Below are positions 13,497-23,374 of a stretch of 32,000 nucleotides of DNA, in pieces. The DNA is from Candidatus Saccharimonadota bacterium (GTDB lineage: Bacteria > Pseudomonadota > Alphaproteobacteria > Rickettsiales > Anaplasmataceae). The notes beneath the pieces are model-generated. The model did no database searches. It saw only the letters and a list, made by a program, of their open reading frames with translations, and was not told where the DNA came from. Each line of letters starts with the position of its first letter. Position 1 is the stretch's first letter. A program made the position numbers and the translations under genes. Location: the NCBI RefSeq assembly GCF_025021925.1, contig NZ_CP092368.1, positions 330,001 to 362,000 on the forward strand. Reading direction: 5' to 3'.

Positions 13497-16082
13497 TTAC
13501 ATTACAATATTGACTATCTTATTTTGTACTATATATACAGAGCGTACTTGATTGACATTAATTTTATTAGATACGACTTGCATAGCGATTGTTTGTAACT
13601 CCCCTTCAGATAGATCAATGGTGACTCTCATTGTAGTGAATAATTTACCATTGATTTGTATGGCAACAGTGATCATATTGTCAATTAGTAAAGTTGTATT
13701 AGCGTTTGGCCAAGGCTGTAGATATAGCATATCTTGTCCACCTATTTCCTGCCATAAGTGTTCAGCTAAATGTGGTATAAAAGGTTCTATGACTCTTATA
13801 AGAATTAATATACCCTCATTAATCACTGCTTTTCCAATTTTAACATCTATTGCAGCTATTAAGTGTGTCATTTGTCGAAATTTTGCTATCACACAATTCA
13901 ATTTACAGCTCTCTAAATCATTAGTCAAATCTTGTAATAGTTGATGAATCTTTTTTCTATATTCTAGAAGTTGATTGTGATTAATAAATTTTGTCGTCTC
14001 ATATATTTGCTTAATAGAAGTATATTCTATCAGAGAAAGCGATTTTAATTCTCTAATCATACGCCATAACTTATTTATATAACGAGAGCAACCTACTATA
14101 CCATAGTCAGACCATTCTATATCTTTTTCTGGAGGAGTATCTGAAAGCATAAATAATCTAGCAGTATCAGCGCCATACTTTTCAATGATTCTCTCTAAAT
14201 CTACAATATTCTTTTTAGATTTACTCATTTTTTCAACTTTACCGATCTGAATATTAATACCTTGTGCATTGCATTTTTTATATTCTTCAGGGGAGAGCCA
14301 CTGATCATGTTCATCTCTATAAGTAGCATGACATACCATACCTTGAGTAATTAAAGTAGAAAAAGGCTCTTCGATATTAAAATATCCACATTTAGTTAAA
14401 GCGCGACAAAAAAATCTTGAATAAAGAAGATGTAAAATAGCATGCTCTATACCACCTATATAATAATCTACAGGTAAAAAATGATGACATGATTCTTTAT
14501 TAATAGCATGATTCTCATCACAAAAAGCAGCAAAATACCAAGAAGACTCAAAGAATGTATCAAATGTATCAGTTTCACGTTCTGCGTCTTTACCACATTT
14601 TGGACAATTGACCAATTTCCATGATAGAAGTCTATCAAGTGGGTTACCACCACTAATAAAATCTATGTTATTATATGGCAGAACGACAGGAAGATCTTGT
14701 TCTGGTACTGGTACAGTACCACAATCTTTACAGTATATAATAGGAATAGGACATCCCCAATATCTCTGTCTTGAAATACCCCAATCATGTAAATTATATT
14801 TAATTGTTCTGATACCTTGTCCCTGTTTTTCTAGTTCTATAATTGCTATTTCTTTTATTTCATTTAATGTCAAGCCGTGTAAGCATTGATCATGAAATGC
14901 TGCATTATGATAAGGAACATTAGTGGAATTTAAAGTGTCTATAGTACATATATAATCAAAAAAAGCTTCCGGAAGAATATCTGAATTATATTTTTCTTTA
15001 AATGTACAACTATATGTATCTTGTTTAGGAAGTCCTAAAATCACTTTTTCTGGAAATTCTGTGTATGCAATATTTGTAATATAAAGAGGTACTTCCTGTT
15101 GTATATAAGGATGAGTAACATGCAATCCGGTAAAAATTCCCACTTTCTTTTCTTTACTATCAGTATGTAATTTTAGAATAATATTTGTCATATTAAAGCA
15201 TGATTCTATCGTCCATTGACCTTGTGAATTCATATGAATGAATTTTACTGATAATCTCCTAGAGGAATCTAATAGGATGAAAGAGATAATTTTTTGTATC
15301 ATAGGATGATCTGCTGACAACACACAAAAAGAGATATCTAATAAAGCATGAGGATAACTTGTAAAGGTTTGTATCCTCTGAGAGAAACCAATTATTTCAA
15401 GATTTATAGTGACACCTTCAGATTTTCCTATCCAATGCTCTTGCATGGTTTTAACTTTTTCTGGCCAATTTTTTAAAGTTTTTAGAGAGTCTAGTAAATC
15501 TTCAGTGAAATCAGTAATTTTTAAAAACCATTGAGGTAATTTGCGTTTTTCAACAGTGGCACCTGATCTCCACCCCCTACCATTAATAACCTGTTCATTT
15601 GCAAGTACTGTGTTATCTTTCGTATCCCAATTTACCCATGCATCTTTTCGATAAGCAAGTCCATTTTTCATAAAATCTAAGAAAAATTTTTGTTCGTGTT
15701 GATAATAATCAGGTTGACATGTAGTAAATTCCCGATTCCAATTATAAGATAAGCCAATAGATTTTAACTGTATCTTCATATTATAGATATTCTCTTGCGT
15801 CCATTGTACAGGATGTACATTATAATTTCTTGCAGCATTTTCAGCTGGTAAGCCAAATGCATCCCAACCAATAGGATGTAGTACCGCATATCCCATTGCT
15901 CTTTTATAACGCGCTATTACATCTCCTATAGCATAGTTTCGTAGGTGCCCCATATGAATTTTGCCAGATGGATATGGAAACATTGCTAGAACATAGCATT
16001 TTTCTTGTTTGCTATCTCTATCAATAGTAAAATTCCACTTTTCTTGATATAGTTTTTCAACTGTGTGAAAATCGTATTTCAT
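13497..16082 (-). CDS. leuS: Leucyl-tRNA synthetase, with a degenerate CP1 editing site (see findings)
   Basis: 861 aa. It carries the class I HIGH motif (HMGHLRNY), KMSKS, WDAFGLPAENAA, DWGISRQRYWGCPIP and FESSWYF. Confidence 0.95.
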   Translation of the reverse strand: MKYDFHTVEKLYQEKWNFTIDRDSKQEKCYVLAMFPYPSGKIHMGHLRNYAIGDVIARYKRAMGYAVLHPIGWDAFGLPAENAARNYNVHPVQWTQENIYNMKIQLKSIGLSYNWNREFTTCQPDYYQHEQKFFLDFMKNGLAYRKDAWVNWDTKDNTVLANEQVINGRGWRSGATVEKRKLPQWFLKITDFTEDLLDSLKTLKNWPEKVKTMQEHWIGKSEGVTINLEIIGFSQRIQTFTSYPHALLDISFCVLSADHPMIQKIISFILLDSSRRLSVKFIHMNSQGQWTIESCFNMTNIILKLHTDSKEKKVGIFTGLHVTHPYIQQEVPLYITNIAYTEFPEKVILGLPKQDTYSCTFKEKYNSDILPEAFFDYICTIDTLNSTNVPYHNAAFHDQCLHGLTLNEIKEIAIIELEKQGQGIRTIKYNLHDWGISRQRYWGCPIPIIYCKDCGTVPVPEQDLPVVLPYNNIDFISGGNPLDRLLSWKLVNCPKCGKDAERETDTFDTFFESSWYFAAFCDENHAINKESCHHFLPVDYYIGGIEHAILHLLYSRFFCRALTKCGYFNIEEPFSTLITQGMVCHATYRDEHDQWLSPEEYKKCNAQGINIQIGKVEKMSKSKKNIVDLERIIEKYGADTARLFMLSDTPPEKDIEWSDYGIVGCSRYINKLWRMIRELKSLSLIEYTSIKQIYETTKFINHNQLLEYRKKIHQLLQDLTNDLESCKLNCVIAKFRQMTHLIAAIDVKIGKAVINEGILILIRVIEPFIPHLAEHLWQEIGGQDMLYLQPWPNANTTLLIDNMITVAIQINGKLFTTMRVTIDLSEGELQTIAMQVVSNKINVNQVRSVYIVQNKIVNIVM

Positions 16083-16351
16083 ATTATATTAAATTTCATT
16101 ACAAATTATATTGACCGTTTTGCAATTCACAGAATAATCTATTGAATAAAAAAGATTAAATATTAATATATTTTATCCTATTACTATAAATGAAACTATA
16201 ATACTCGTTGTAATCTAGAATCAAGAGAAATATCTGCATTTCTAAAATATGAATTTATATTATTAATTGTCTTGAATAAAATTACCACTGATAATAACAT
16301 TATCTCCTCTTCATATATCTTAAGTAAGTATTATTGCGTTTTAAAGAAGGG

Positions 16352-16389
16352 AGAGAAGGAGATATATATTAATATCTCCTTCTCTTTTT
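16352..16389. terminator. Perfect 14-bp hairpin with flanking A/T tracts; putative (bidirectional-looking) intrinsic terminator between tRNA-Ser and leuS
   Basis: AGAGAAGGAGATAT (16352-16365), a 6-nt loop, then ATATCTCCTTCTCT (16372-16385), followed by TTTT on the + strand. On the - strand the stem is followed by CCCTTCTTTAA. The neighbouring genes are all on the - strand. Confidence 0.45.
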
Positions 16390-16499
16390 CCCGAGCAATA
16401 CAATCTGCTCTCACATACAAGCTTTATGAAGCACTCTTATAACATATGAATATAGATAATATTGAATACTATCTCATAATCGCTAAACGGTAAATTCTC

Positions 16500-16587
16500 C
16501 GGACGGAATGGGATTCGAACCCATGGTACGATTATTACGTACGTCAGTTTTCAAGACTGATACCTTAAACCACTCGGTCATCCGTCC
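16500..16587 (-). tRNA. tRNA-Ser (anticodon UGA), class II with a long variable arm; CCA not encoded
   Basis: The reverse complement folds by hand. Acceptor GGACGGA/TCCGTCC plus discriminator G. Anticodon stem TCAGT/ACTGA with loop CU-UGA-AA. Variable arm GTACG-TAATAAT-CGTAC. T-arm ATGGG-TTCGAAT-CCCAT. Length 88 nt. Confidence 0.9.
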
Positions 16588-16634
16588 GTCCCTTTTATAC
16601 AAAAAGATGATACGATATGCAATATATAAAAACT

Positions 16635-17969
16635 TTACTTTCCGATACAAAAATTACTAAATATATTATCTAATATCTCTTCATTACTGATGATACCAGT
16701 CATGATATCTAATTCACGTGCTGCAAGTCTGATATTTTCTAACATTAGCTCAATTGGATTGTTTAGGTTAAAATTTTGTAAGTAATCTAATGCATGTTGC
16801 ATACAGTTTCTATGTCTTTGTCTAGTAATGAGAGGATGATCTTTTATATTACATGCAAATTTTTGTTCTATTTTGTGTTGAATGACAGCAAGTAATTTTC
16901 TTATTCCTATGCCTGATAATATAGAAATAGGAATCCACTCTATTCCATTAATGAATATACTCTCATCATTATTAATAGTATCAGCTTTACTGAATACATA
17001 AATAGTATTATTATCCTGATGAACTTGAGCCATAAGAGTTACATTTTGTGTAAAGGGAAGTAATAATATTCTTAAATCAGCGTCAAGAGCAATCTTTTGT
17101 GCTCTTCTAATACCTTCTAGTTCTATTGGATCGATACTCTCTCGAATTCCAGCAGTATCGGAAAGTATAATTGGAAATCCTCCAATTTCAAGATGCGATT
17201 CTAGTATATCTCTTGTTGTACCAGGAAATTTTGATACAATTGCAGCGTCACGTTTTACTAAGACATTAAATAATGTTGATTTTCCTACATTTGGTTCACC
17301 AGTGAGCACAATATGTAATCCACCTTCTCGTATTCTTTCTCCTCTTTTATCATTGATGTGATCTTGTATAGAAAGTATTAAGGATTGTACTATATTATTA
17401 ATTTCTTTTAACTCATTGATATCTATTGGTATTTCTTCTGGAAAATCCATATAAACTAAAATTTTGGATTGTATATTTATTAGTGTTGTTCTCCAAATAT
17501 TATATACATTCTCTAATGCTCCTGACATTTGTCTAATTGCTTGTCTTGCTTGTATTGCTGTTTGAGCATCTATTAAATCTGCAATTCCTTCTATTTTGGT
17601 TAAATCATATTTACCATTTAAAAAAGCTCTTAGTGAAAATTCTCCAGGTTGTGCTATTACAAAGATTTTTGATAATTCCTCCATTATCATCTTTATGACT
17701 GCAATACTACCATGTACTTGTAGTTCTATTACATCTTCACCAGTAAAACTATTTGGAGCAGGAAAGTAAAGAAGCATTCCATGGTCTATTAATTGATGAG
17801 TTCTATCATATATGTCAACTAAAGTGGCATATCTTGGTTGCAACTTGACATTCACATGTAAATGACTTAAAGTATTGAGCGCGTTTCTACCTGAAATTCT
17901 AATGATTGCAATTCCAGATTTACCATAGGGAGTAGACAATGCAAAGATAGTGTTATCTATATATTCCAT
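16635..17969 (-). CDS. mnmE: tRNA modification GTPase MnmE/TrmE
   Basis: 444 aa. N-terminal [22 protein letters not shown]-domain [12 protein letters not shown]...DTAG, and the diagnostic C-terminal CIGK. Confidence 0.93.
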   Translation of the reverse strand: MEYIDNTIFALSTPYGKSGIAIIRISGRNALNTLSHLHVNVKLQPRYATLVDIYDRTHQLIDHGMLLYFPAPNSFTGEDVIELQVHGSIAVIKMIMEELSKIFVIAQPGEFSLRAFLNGKYDLTKIEGIADLIDAQTAIQARQAIRQMSGALENVYNIWRTTLINIQSKILVYMDFPEEIPIDINELKEINNIVQSLILSIQDHINDKRGERIREGGLHIVLTGEPNVGKSTLFNVLVKRDAAIVSKFPGTTRDILESHLEIGGFPIILSDTAGIRESIDPIELEGIRRAQKIALDADLRILLLPFTQNVTLMAQVHQDNNTIYVFSKADTINNDESIFINGIEWIPISILSGIGIRKLLAVIQHKIEQKFACNIKDHPLITRQRHRNCMQHALDYLQNFNLNNPIELMLENIRLAARELDIMTGIISNEEILDNIFSNFCIGK

Positions 17970-18226
17970 AATTTAATATTATCAGAGTACTGAGTCTGAT
18001 AATATCAGATATATATAGTATTCTTAACACAATTATTACAAGTATAGTATACAATATGTCATTCAGCATTAACAATGTATTGTACATAGGAAACATTGTA
18101 AAGAGATTATCAGTAAATCAAAGAATATCAATGTTTCAAATCCATAAGATAATTTATATAAGTTAAATATATTGTCTGATCTCATATCTTGTGATAATCT
18201 TTATACTCTATATTTCACTTGTAATT

Positions 18227-19141
18227 ATGACATTAATAATCGGCGCTAAAGTAAAAAACATTCTCAATTATTATGAAAGTGAAAATCCTGGAGTAAAATC
18301 AAATATTGTACGTCTATTAACACACGGAAGACTTGGTAATACTGGTAAATTAGTTATACTACCTGTAGATCAGGGTTTTGAACATGGGCCTATTAAAAGC
18401 TTTGAAAGCAATCCTGAGGCATATGATCCATGTTATCATTTTCAACTTGCAATAGAATCTCAGGTAAGCGCGTTTGCTGCACCAATTGGTATCATTGAAT
18501 CTAGTGCTTCTACTTATGCAGGTATGTTACCATTGATTTTAAAGCTTAATAGTTCTTATTCTTTATTGCATTCCAATACTATATCTTATGATCAAGCAAT
18601 TACTGCTTCTGTGCGAGATGCATTACGCCTAGGATGTACAGCTGTTGGATTCACGATATATCCTGGTGCAGATAAATGCTATGATATGATAGAGGAAGCA
18701 CGTGCGATCATCGCTGAAGCTAAATCTTACGGTCTTCCAACGATATTATGGTCTTATCCACGTGGCATAAATCTTTCTAAATCAGGAGAAACGGCAATTG
18801 ACATCATTGCATATGCTGTACATATAGCTGCTTTACTAGGTGCTCATATAATCAAAGTAAAACTTCCAACTCAGCACTTAGAAAATGAACAAATAGAGGC
18901 ACACAGCATTGAATTATTATCTCAAAGAATAGAATTTGTCAAGAAATCGTGTTTTGTAGGAAAAAGAATATTGCTTTTTTCTGGCGGATGCTCAAAACAT
19001 ATAGATGATATTTTATATGAAGTCACAGAAATCTCTCGAGGTGGTGGTCATGGCTCAATGATTGGACGAAACGTTTTTCAAAGAAAAAGAGAGGACGCCT
19101 TATCTATGTTGAGGGAAATCATGAAAATCTATGCTACATGA
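18227..19141 (+). CDS. fbaB: Class I fructose-bisphosphate aldolase (DhnA/FbaB, archaeal-type)
   Basis: Supporting blocks: NIVRLLTHGRLGNTGKLVILPVDQGFEHGP, GCTAVGFTIYPG, HIIKVKLP (Schiff-base Lys region), GRNVFQ. The track start GTG 18191 adds a hydrophobic 12-aa leader, so ATG 18227 is preferred, but the start is not certain. Confidence 0.82.
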   Translation: MTLIIGAKVKNILNYYESENPGVKSNIVRLLTHGRLGNTGKLVILPVDQGFEHGPIKSFESNPEAYDPCYHFQLAIESQVSAFAAPIGIIESSASTYAGMLPLILKLNSSYSLLHSNTISYDQAITASVRDALRLGCTAVGFTIYPGADKCYDMIEEARAIIAEAKSYGLPTILWSYPRGINLSKSGETAIDIIAYAVHIAALLGAHIIKVKLPTQHLENEQIEAHSIELLSQRIEFVKKSCFVGKRILLFSGGCSKHIDDILYEVTEISRGGGHGSMIGRNVFQRKREDALSMLREIMKIYAT

Positions 19142-19166
19142 TCAAAAATAACATTCAATTTTCTTT

Positions 19167-19238
19167 GGCTGGGTGGCAGAATGGCTTATGCAGAGGATTG
19201 CAAATCCTTTTATATCGGTTCGATTCCGATCCCGGCCT
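19167..19238 (+). tRNA. tRNA-Cys (anticodon GCA); CCA not encoded
   Basis: Hand-folded. Acceptor GGCTGGG/CCCGGCC (one G-U pair) with discriminator U. Anticodon stem GAGGA/TCCTT with loop UU-GCA-AA. T-arm ATCGG-TTCGATT-CCGAT. Length 72 nt. Confidence 0.88.
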
Positions 19239-19427
19239 CTAATTTTTATATTGATAACATTATAATATACTATTAATGATGATGATTCTCTGCGATAGAT
19301 TAAGTAATAAAATAAATGAATTATAAATGTGCATTTAATAGTGGATTGATTGTAAATGCAATATATAATAAGAGTGGATTGCATACTGAATATATAATTC
19401 ATCATTACATTAACACATATACAAGAC

Positions 19428-20495
19428 ATGAATTATATAAATACTTGTGATAAGATATTCAGACAACTACTATTCTTGTTACCTCCTGAAACTGCACATA
19501 ATGTAACAATTTTGCTTTTAAAGAAAATACCTAGTAGAACACTAGAAGAACTACCGAATTCTTTAAATATAAATTTTTTTGGTCAGAAGATAAGCAATCC
19601 AGTAGGATTAGCTGCTGGATTTGATAAAAATGCAGAAGTGATGCGCTCTATGAGATCATTTGGATTTGGATTTTTGGAAGTAGGTACCGTCACAAAATAT
19701 CCACAATATGGTAATAAAAAACCAAGAATTATTCGATTGATTAAAGAACGCGGGTTAATTAATAAATTAGGATTTAATAATAAAGGTATAGAGTATCTTC
19801 TGACGCAAATCAATAACTTCAAACTTAATAACTGTGTTTTTGGTGTTAACATAGGAAAAAATAACACATCAGGAAATATAATAGATGATTATGTTGATTT
19901 AGTAAAAAAGTTATATGGCAAAAGCAGTTATATTGCTATCAATATTTCTTCTCCAAATACTCCTCATCTACGTAATTTACATAATAAAGAAGCATTATCA
20001 GAACTATTACAAGCAATTACAATTACCTGTAATGCAATAAAGAGTGATAATGTCATAACTCGTATTATGCTAAAAATATCACCAGATATAGATGATCAAA
20101 CTAAAGAAAATATTGCTGAACTTGTATTAACTTATAAAATTGATGGTTTAATAGTAAGTAATACTACTATCAGTCGTGATCATTTATATGATTATAAACA
20201 CACTATAGGTGGTGTAAGCGGTACTCCACTTTTTAAACTTTCAACTGAATTATTGCAAGATATGTATACTCTTACTAAAGGCAAGATATTTATAATAGGA
20301 TGTGGAGGTATTTCAAATGGTAGTGAGGCATATATGAAAATAAAATCAGGAGCTTCTGCAGTACAATTATATACTGCATTCATATATCAAGGTCCTCAAG
20401 TAATCAATACTATTAACCTAGAACTTGCAGCTCTCTTAAGAAGAGATGGATTTGTTAATATCACTGATGCAGTAGGATGTAATTGTAAATTTTAA
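19428..20495 (+). CDS. pyrD: Dihydroorotate dehydrogenase (quinone), class 2
   Basis: 355 aa. It has the N-terminal membrane-association segment (LLFLLPPETAHN), plus NPVGLAAGFDKNAE, GFGFLEVGTVT, NKLGFNNKG, NISSPNTP, SNTT and GCGGI. Confidence 0.92.
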   Translation: MNYINTCDKIFRQLLFLLPPETAHNVTILLLKKIPSRTLEELPNSLNINFFGQKISNPVGLAAGFDKNAEVMRSMRSFGFGFLEVGTVTKYPQYGNKKPRIIRLIKERGLINKLGFNNKGIEYLLTQINNFKLNNCVFGVNIGKNNTSGNIIDDYVDLVKKLYGKSSYIAINISSPNTPHLRNLHNKEALSELLQAITITCNAIKSDNVITRIMLKISPDIDDQTKENIAELVLTYKIDGLIVSNTTISRDHLYDYKHTIGGVSGTPLFKLSTELLQDMYTLTKGKIFIIGCGGISNGSEAYMKIKSGASAVQLYTAFIYQGPQVINTINLELAALLRRDGFVNITDAVGCNCKF

Positions 20496-20579
20496 AGAGT
20501 ATTAAATATCCTGTTAAAAAAATATATGTTTTTTACTCTAAATATATAGTAGAATATTCTGCTTATTACAATCATAAAC

Positions 20580-21284
20580 ATGACAACCTTACATAATTCA
20601 ATATATAAAGTGATTAATTATAAGTTCATCAAAGATTCTCTATTAGAGGAAGCATTGACACATCCCAGTGCAAATAAAAGGAATAGTAAAAAACAGATAA
20701 TTAACTATGAAAGATTAGAATTTTTAGGTGATAGTATTTTAAATATGGTAATATCTCAGATATTATTTAAACTTTTTCCAGAAGAAAAAGAAGGAGCCTT
20801 AGCTAAGAGAAAAACTCATTTAGTCTGTGGTACAACTATTACTAATGTTGCGCAAGAAATAGGATTAAGTGATTTTATAATCATGAATAATAATATGTCT
20901 TGTAATATCAGAAAGTTTAGCTCAAGAAATTTAGAAAATGCACTTGAAGCATTAATAGGTGCAATTTATATTGATGGAGGATTTCAACATGTTGAACAAT
21001 TCATTGCTCAGTACTGGGAAAAGTTAGCTAAAAATACGCTCCTTCCTCCTCAAGACTCTAAAACCTCGCTACAAGAATGGACTCAAAAACATATATTACC
21101 TTTACCAAAGTATACTGTAATAAAACAAACTGGACCAGCGCATAATCCTGAATTTACTATATCTGTATATATTAAAGGTTATGATAATATACATGCATGT
21201 GATTATAGTAAAAAATCTGCTGAGCAAAAGGCAGCTAAACGTATGCTAGACCAGGTGTCATTATTAACACACTTCACTAATTAA
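20580..21284 (+). CDS. rnc: Ribonuclease III
   Basis: 234 aa. RNase III signature ERLEFLGDSILN, LEALIGAIYIDGG, and a C-terminal dsRBD (KTSLQEWTQK...GPAHNPEFT...SKKSAEQKAAKRML). Confidence 0.92.
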   Translation: MTTLHNSIYKVINYKFIKDSLLEEALTHPSANKRNSKKQIINYERLEFLGDSILNMVISQILFKLFPEEKEGALAKRKTHLVCGTTITNVAQEIGLSDFIIMNNNMSCNIRKFSSRNLENALEALIGAIYIDGGFQHVEQFIAQYWEKLAKNTLLPPQDSKTSLQEWTQKHILPLPKYTVIKQTGPAHNPEFTISVYIKGYDNIHACDYSKKSAEQKAAKRMLDQVSLLTHFTN

Positions 21285-21339
21285 TTTAATTAGTTACTTA
21301 ATAAATGATTACTATCAGAAAGAGATCGTTTGCCAATAA

Positions 21340-23277
21340 TTAAAAGAAACCTCTTAGTTTTCTAGAACGACTTGGGTGTTTTAATTTTCTTAACGCTTTT
21401 GCTTCTATCTGTCTAATTCGCTCGCGTGTCACATTAAAAATTCTCCCTACTTCTTCTAATGTATGTTCCTTACCATCTTTACCAAGACCAAAACGCATTC
21501 TTAAAATTCTCTCTTCTTTTGGTGTTAAAGTAGCAAGCACATTAGTTGTAATACCACGTAAATCTGCAAGTACAGCAGCATCTTCTGGTTTAGAGACTCT
21601 TTTATCTTCTATACAATCACCAAATGTACTACTATCATCTTTACCAGTAGGAGATTCCAGACTAACTGGATCTCTTGCTATTTTCATAACTTTACGTATT
21701 CTATCTATTGGCATAATTAATTCGATACTGAGTTCTTCTAATGTAGGTTCTCTACCCATTTCATGAGACATTTTTCTAACAGCTCTGTTGATCTTACTGA
21801 TTATTTCTACCATATGTACTGGAATTCTCACTACTTTAGACTGTTCAGGTATTGCACGAGTAATAGATTGTCTGACCCACCATGTACCATATGTTGAAAA
21901 TTTATATCCACGTTTATAATCAAATTTATCTACAGCTTTCATCAGACCGATGTTGCCTTCTTGTATTAAATCAAGTAGTGCAAGACCTCTATTTGAATAT
22001 TTTTTAGCAATTGATACAACTAGTCTCAAATTTGCTTTTATCATCTCTTGCTTTGCTTCATATACTTCTCGTTCATGTTTTTGAATAATTTGCACTAATT
22101 GTTTAAATTCTGTTGAAGTCTCTGATGGTAAATATTGCTTGATATTATTTAATGTAGATACAATCTCATTTGCATGATCTGCGATAAATCTGCGACATTT
22201 GTGTTTTAAATCTTCTGATATCAAGCTCATATTAGTATGATTTGAGATTAAAAAAATTAAATCTTGTAGCTCATAATCTTTTATAAATATTTCATTATAT
22301 ACTATGTAGAATTCATCTCTCTCAATATTATATTTTTTAGCCTCTAAAATAAGATTTGCTTCTTCAAGAATAATAGATCTATTGATATGATAAAGTTCTT
22401 GTACAATATTATTAACGGCAGTATCACTTAATTTCATTTGCAATGCTATTGACCATATTTGATCATATAAATCTTTATATACTAGTTGATTAGCATCAGT
22501 CTGAATAAGCTGTCTTGATATTCTCACTTGAGAAGTTAAAGCGATGATTTCATCTAACGCTACTATCACTTTTGGAAGTAAATCGTTTTCCATATCGATA
22601 ATAGATACATTTAAATTTGTCACATTTATATCTTCATCATCGTGTTTGATATTCATTTTTTTATCATTTTCATAATCATTATACTTCTGAGTATGACGTT
22701 CTAAAATATTCTTTTCTTCTTTTACATATTCATTTTCTGATTTTACTGTAATATTAAACTCAGAATGATACATTGCATCTAAATCAATAATTTCTCTCAA
22801 TAGGAGAGTACCATTACTTAAGTTGTCACGCCAAGTTTGGATTATTTGCAATGTCAATGATGCTTCAATAAGTGCACGTAACATATCTCTCTTTTCAGAT
22901 TCAATTTTTTTTGCTATTTTTATTTCATCTGTTCTTGATAAAAGCTTAACAGAGCTCATATCTTGTAAGTACATTCTAACAGGATCATCATTCTGCACTG
23001 ATATGCTAGTAATATTTGGAGAGATCTCTTCATCTATTTTACTATCTTCATGAGTAATATGAGAATCTTCTTCATCTTCTTGTACTTCAAGCGTATTAAT
23101 ACCTGCATCTTGTAATAAAGAAATCGTATCGTCTACAAATTCAGATGAAAAGTGTTCATCTGGCACTTTACTTTGTATATCATCAAAAGTGATAAATCCT
23201 CCTCTTTTGATGCTTTTAGTCACTAATTCTCTAATAATTTTTTTTTTCTCTTGTATACTATTAATCACTGACATCAT
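21340..23277 (-). CDS. rpoD: RNA polymerase primary sigma factor (sigma-70)
   Basis: 645 aa. Region 1.2 [10 protein letters not shown]; region 2 [62 protein letters not shown]; region 4.2 [33 protein letters not shown]. Confidence 0.95.
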   Translation of the reverse strand: MMSVINSIQEKKKIIRELVTKSIKRGGFITFDDIQSKVPDEHFSSEFVDDTISLLQDAGINTLEVQEDEEDSHITHEDSKIDEEISPNITSISVQNDDPVRMYLQDMSSVKLLSRTDEIKIAKKIESEKRDMLRALIEASLTLQIIQTWRDNLSNGTLLLREIIDLDAMYHSEFNITVKSENEYVKEEKNILERHTQKYNDYENDKKMNIKHDDEDINVTNLNVSIIDMENDLLPKVIVALDEIIALTSQVRISRQLIQTDANQLVYKDLYDQIWSIALQMKLSDTAVNNIVQELYHINRSIILEEANLILEAKKYNIERDEFYIVYNEIFIKDYELQDLIFLISNHTNMSLISEDLKHKCRRFIADHANEIVSTLNNIKQYLPSETSTEFKQLVQIIQKHEREVYEAKQEMIKANLRLVVSIAKKYSNRGLALLDLIQEGNIGLMKAVDKFDYKRGYKFSTYGTWWVRQSITRAIPEQSKVVRIPVHMVEIISKINRAVRKMSHEMGREPTLEELSIELIMPIDRIRKVMKIARDPVSLESPTGKDDSSTFGDCIEDKRVSKPEDAAVLADLRGITTNVLATLTPKEERILRMRFGLGKDGKEHTLEEVGRIFNVTRERIRQIEAKALRKLKHPSRSRKLRGFF

Positions 23278-23374
23278 TACCTTTATAGAATCTAAATATT
23301 TATTAGCAAGTTTTACTTATTATTAATGTATATTATATTTTAATATTATTTCTTACATGAGATAGAGAATTTAT

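Noticed and set aside
13552-14889. ORFs of 130 aa and 93 aa on the + strand (13552-13944, 14608-14889), plus a 61-aa ORF in an alternative - strand frame (14468-14653)
   Set aside because: All lie inside leuS, whose reading frame is unambiguous. Their translations have no recognisable domains and show compositions typical of off-frame reads.
19142-19429. A 95-aa ORF on the - strand
   Set aside because: It runs antisense across tRNA-Cys (19167-19238) and the AT-rich pyrD leader. The GC-rich tRNA segment simply keeps the frame open.
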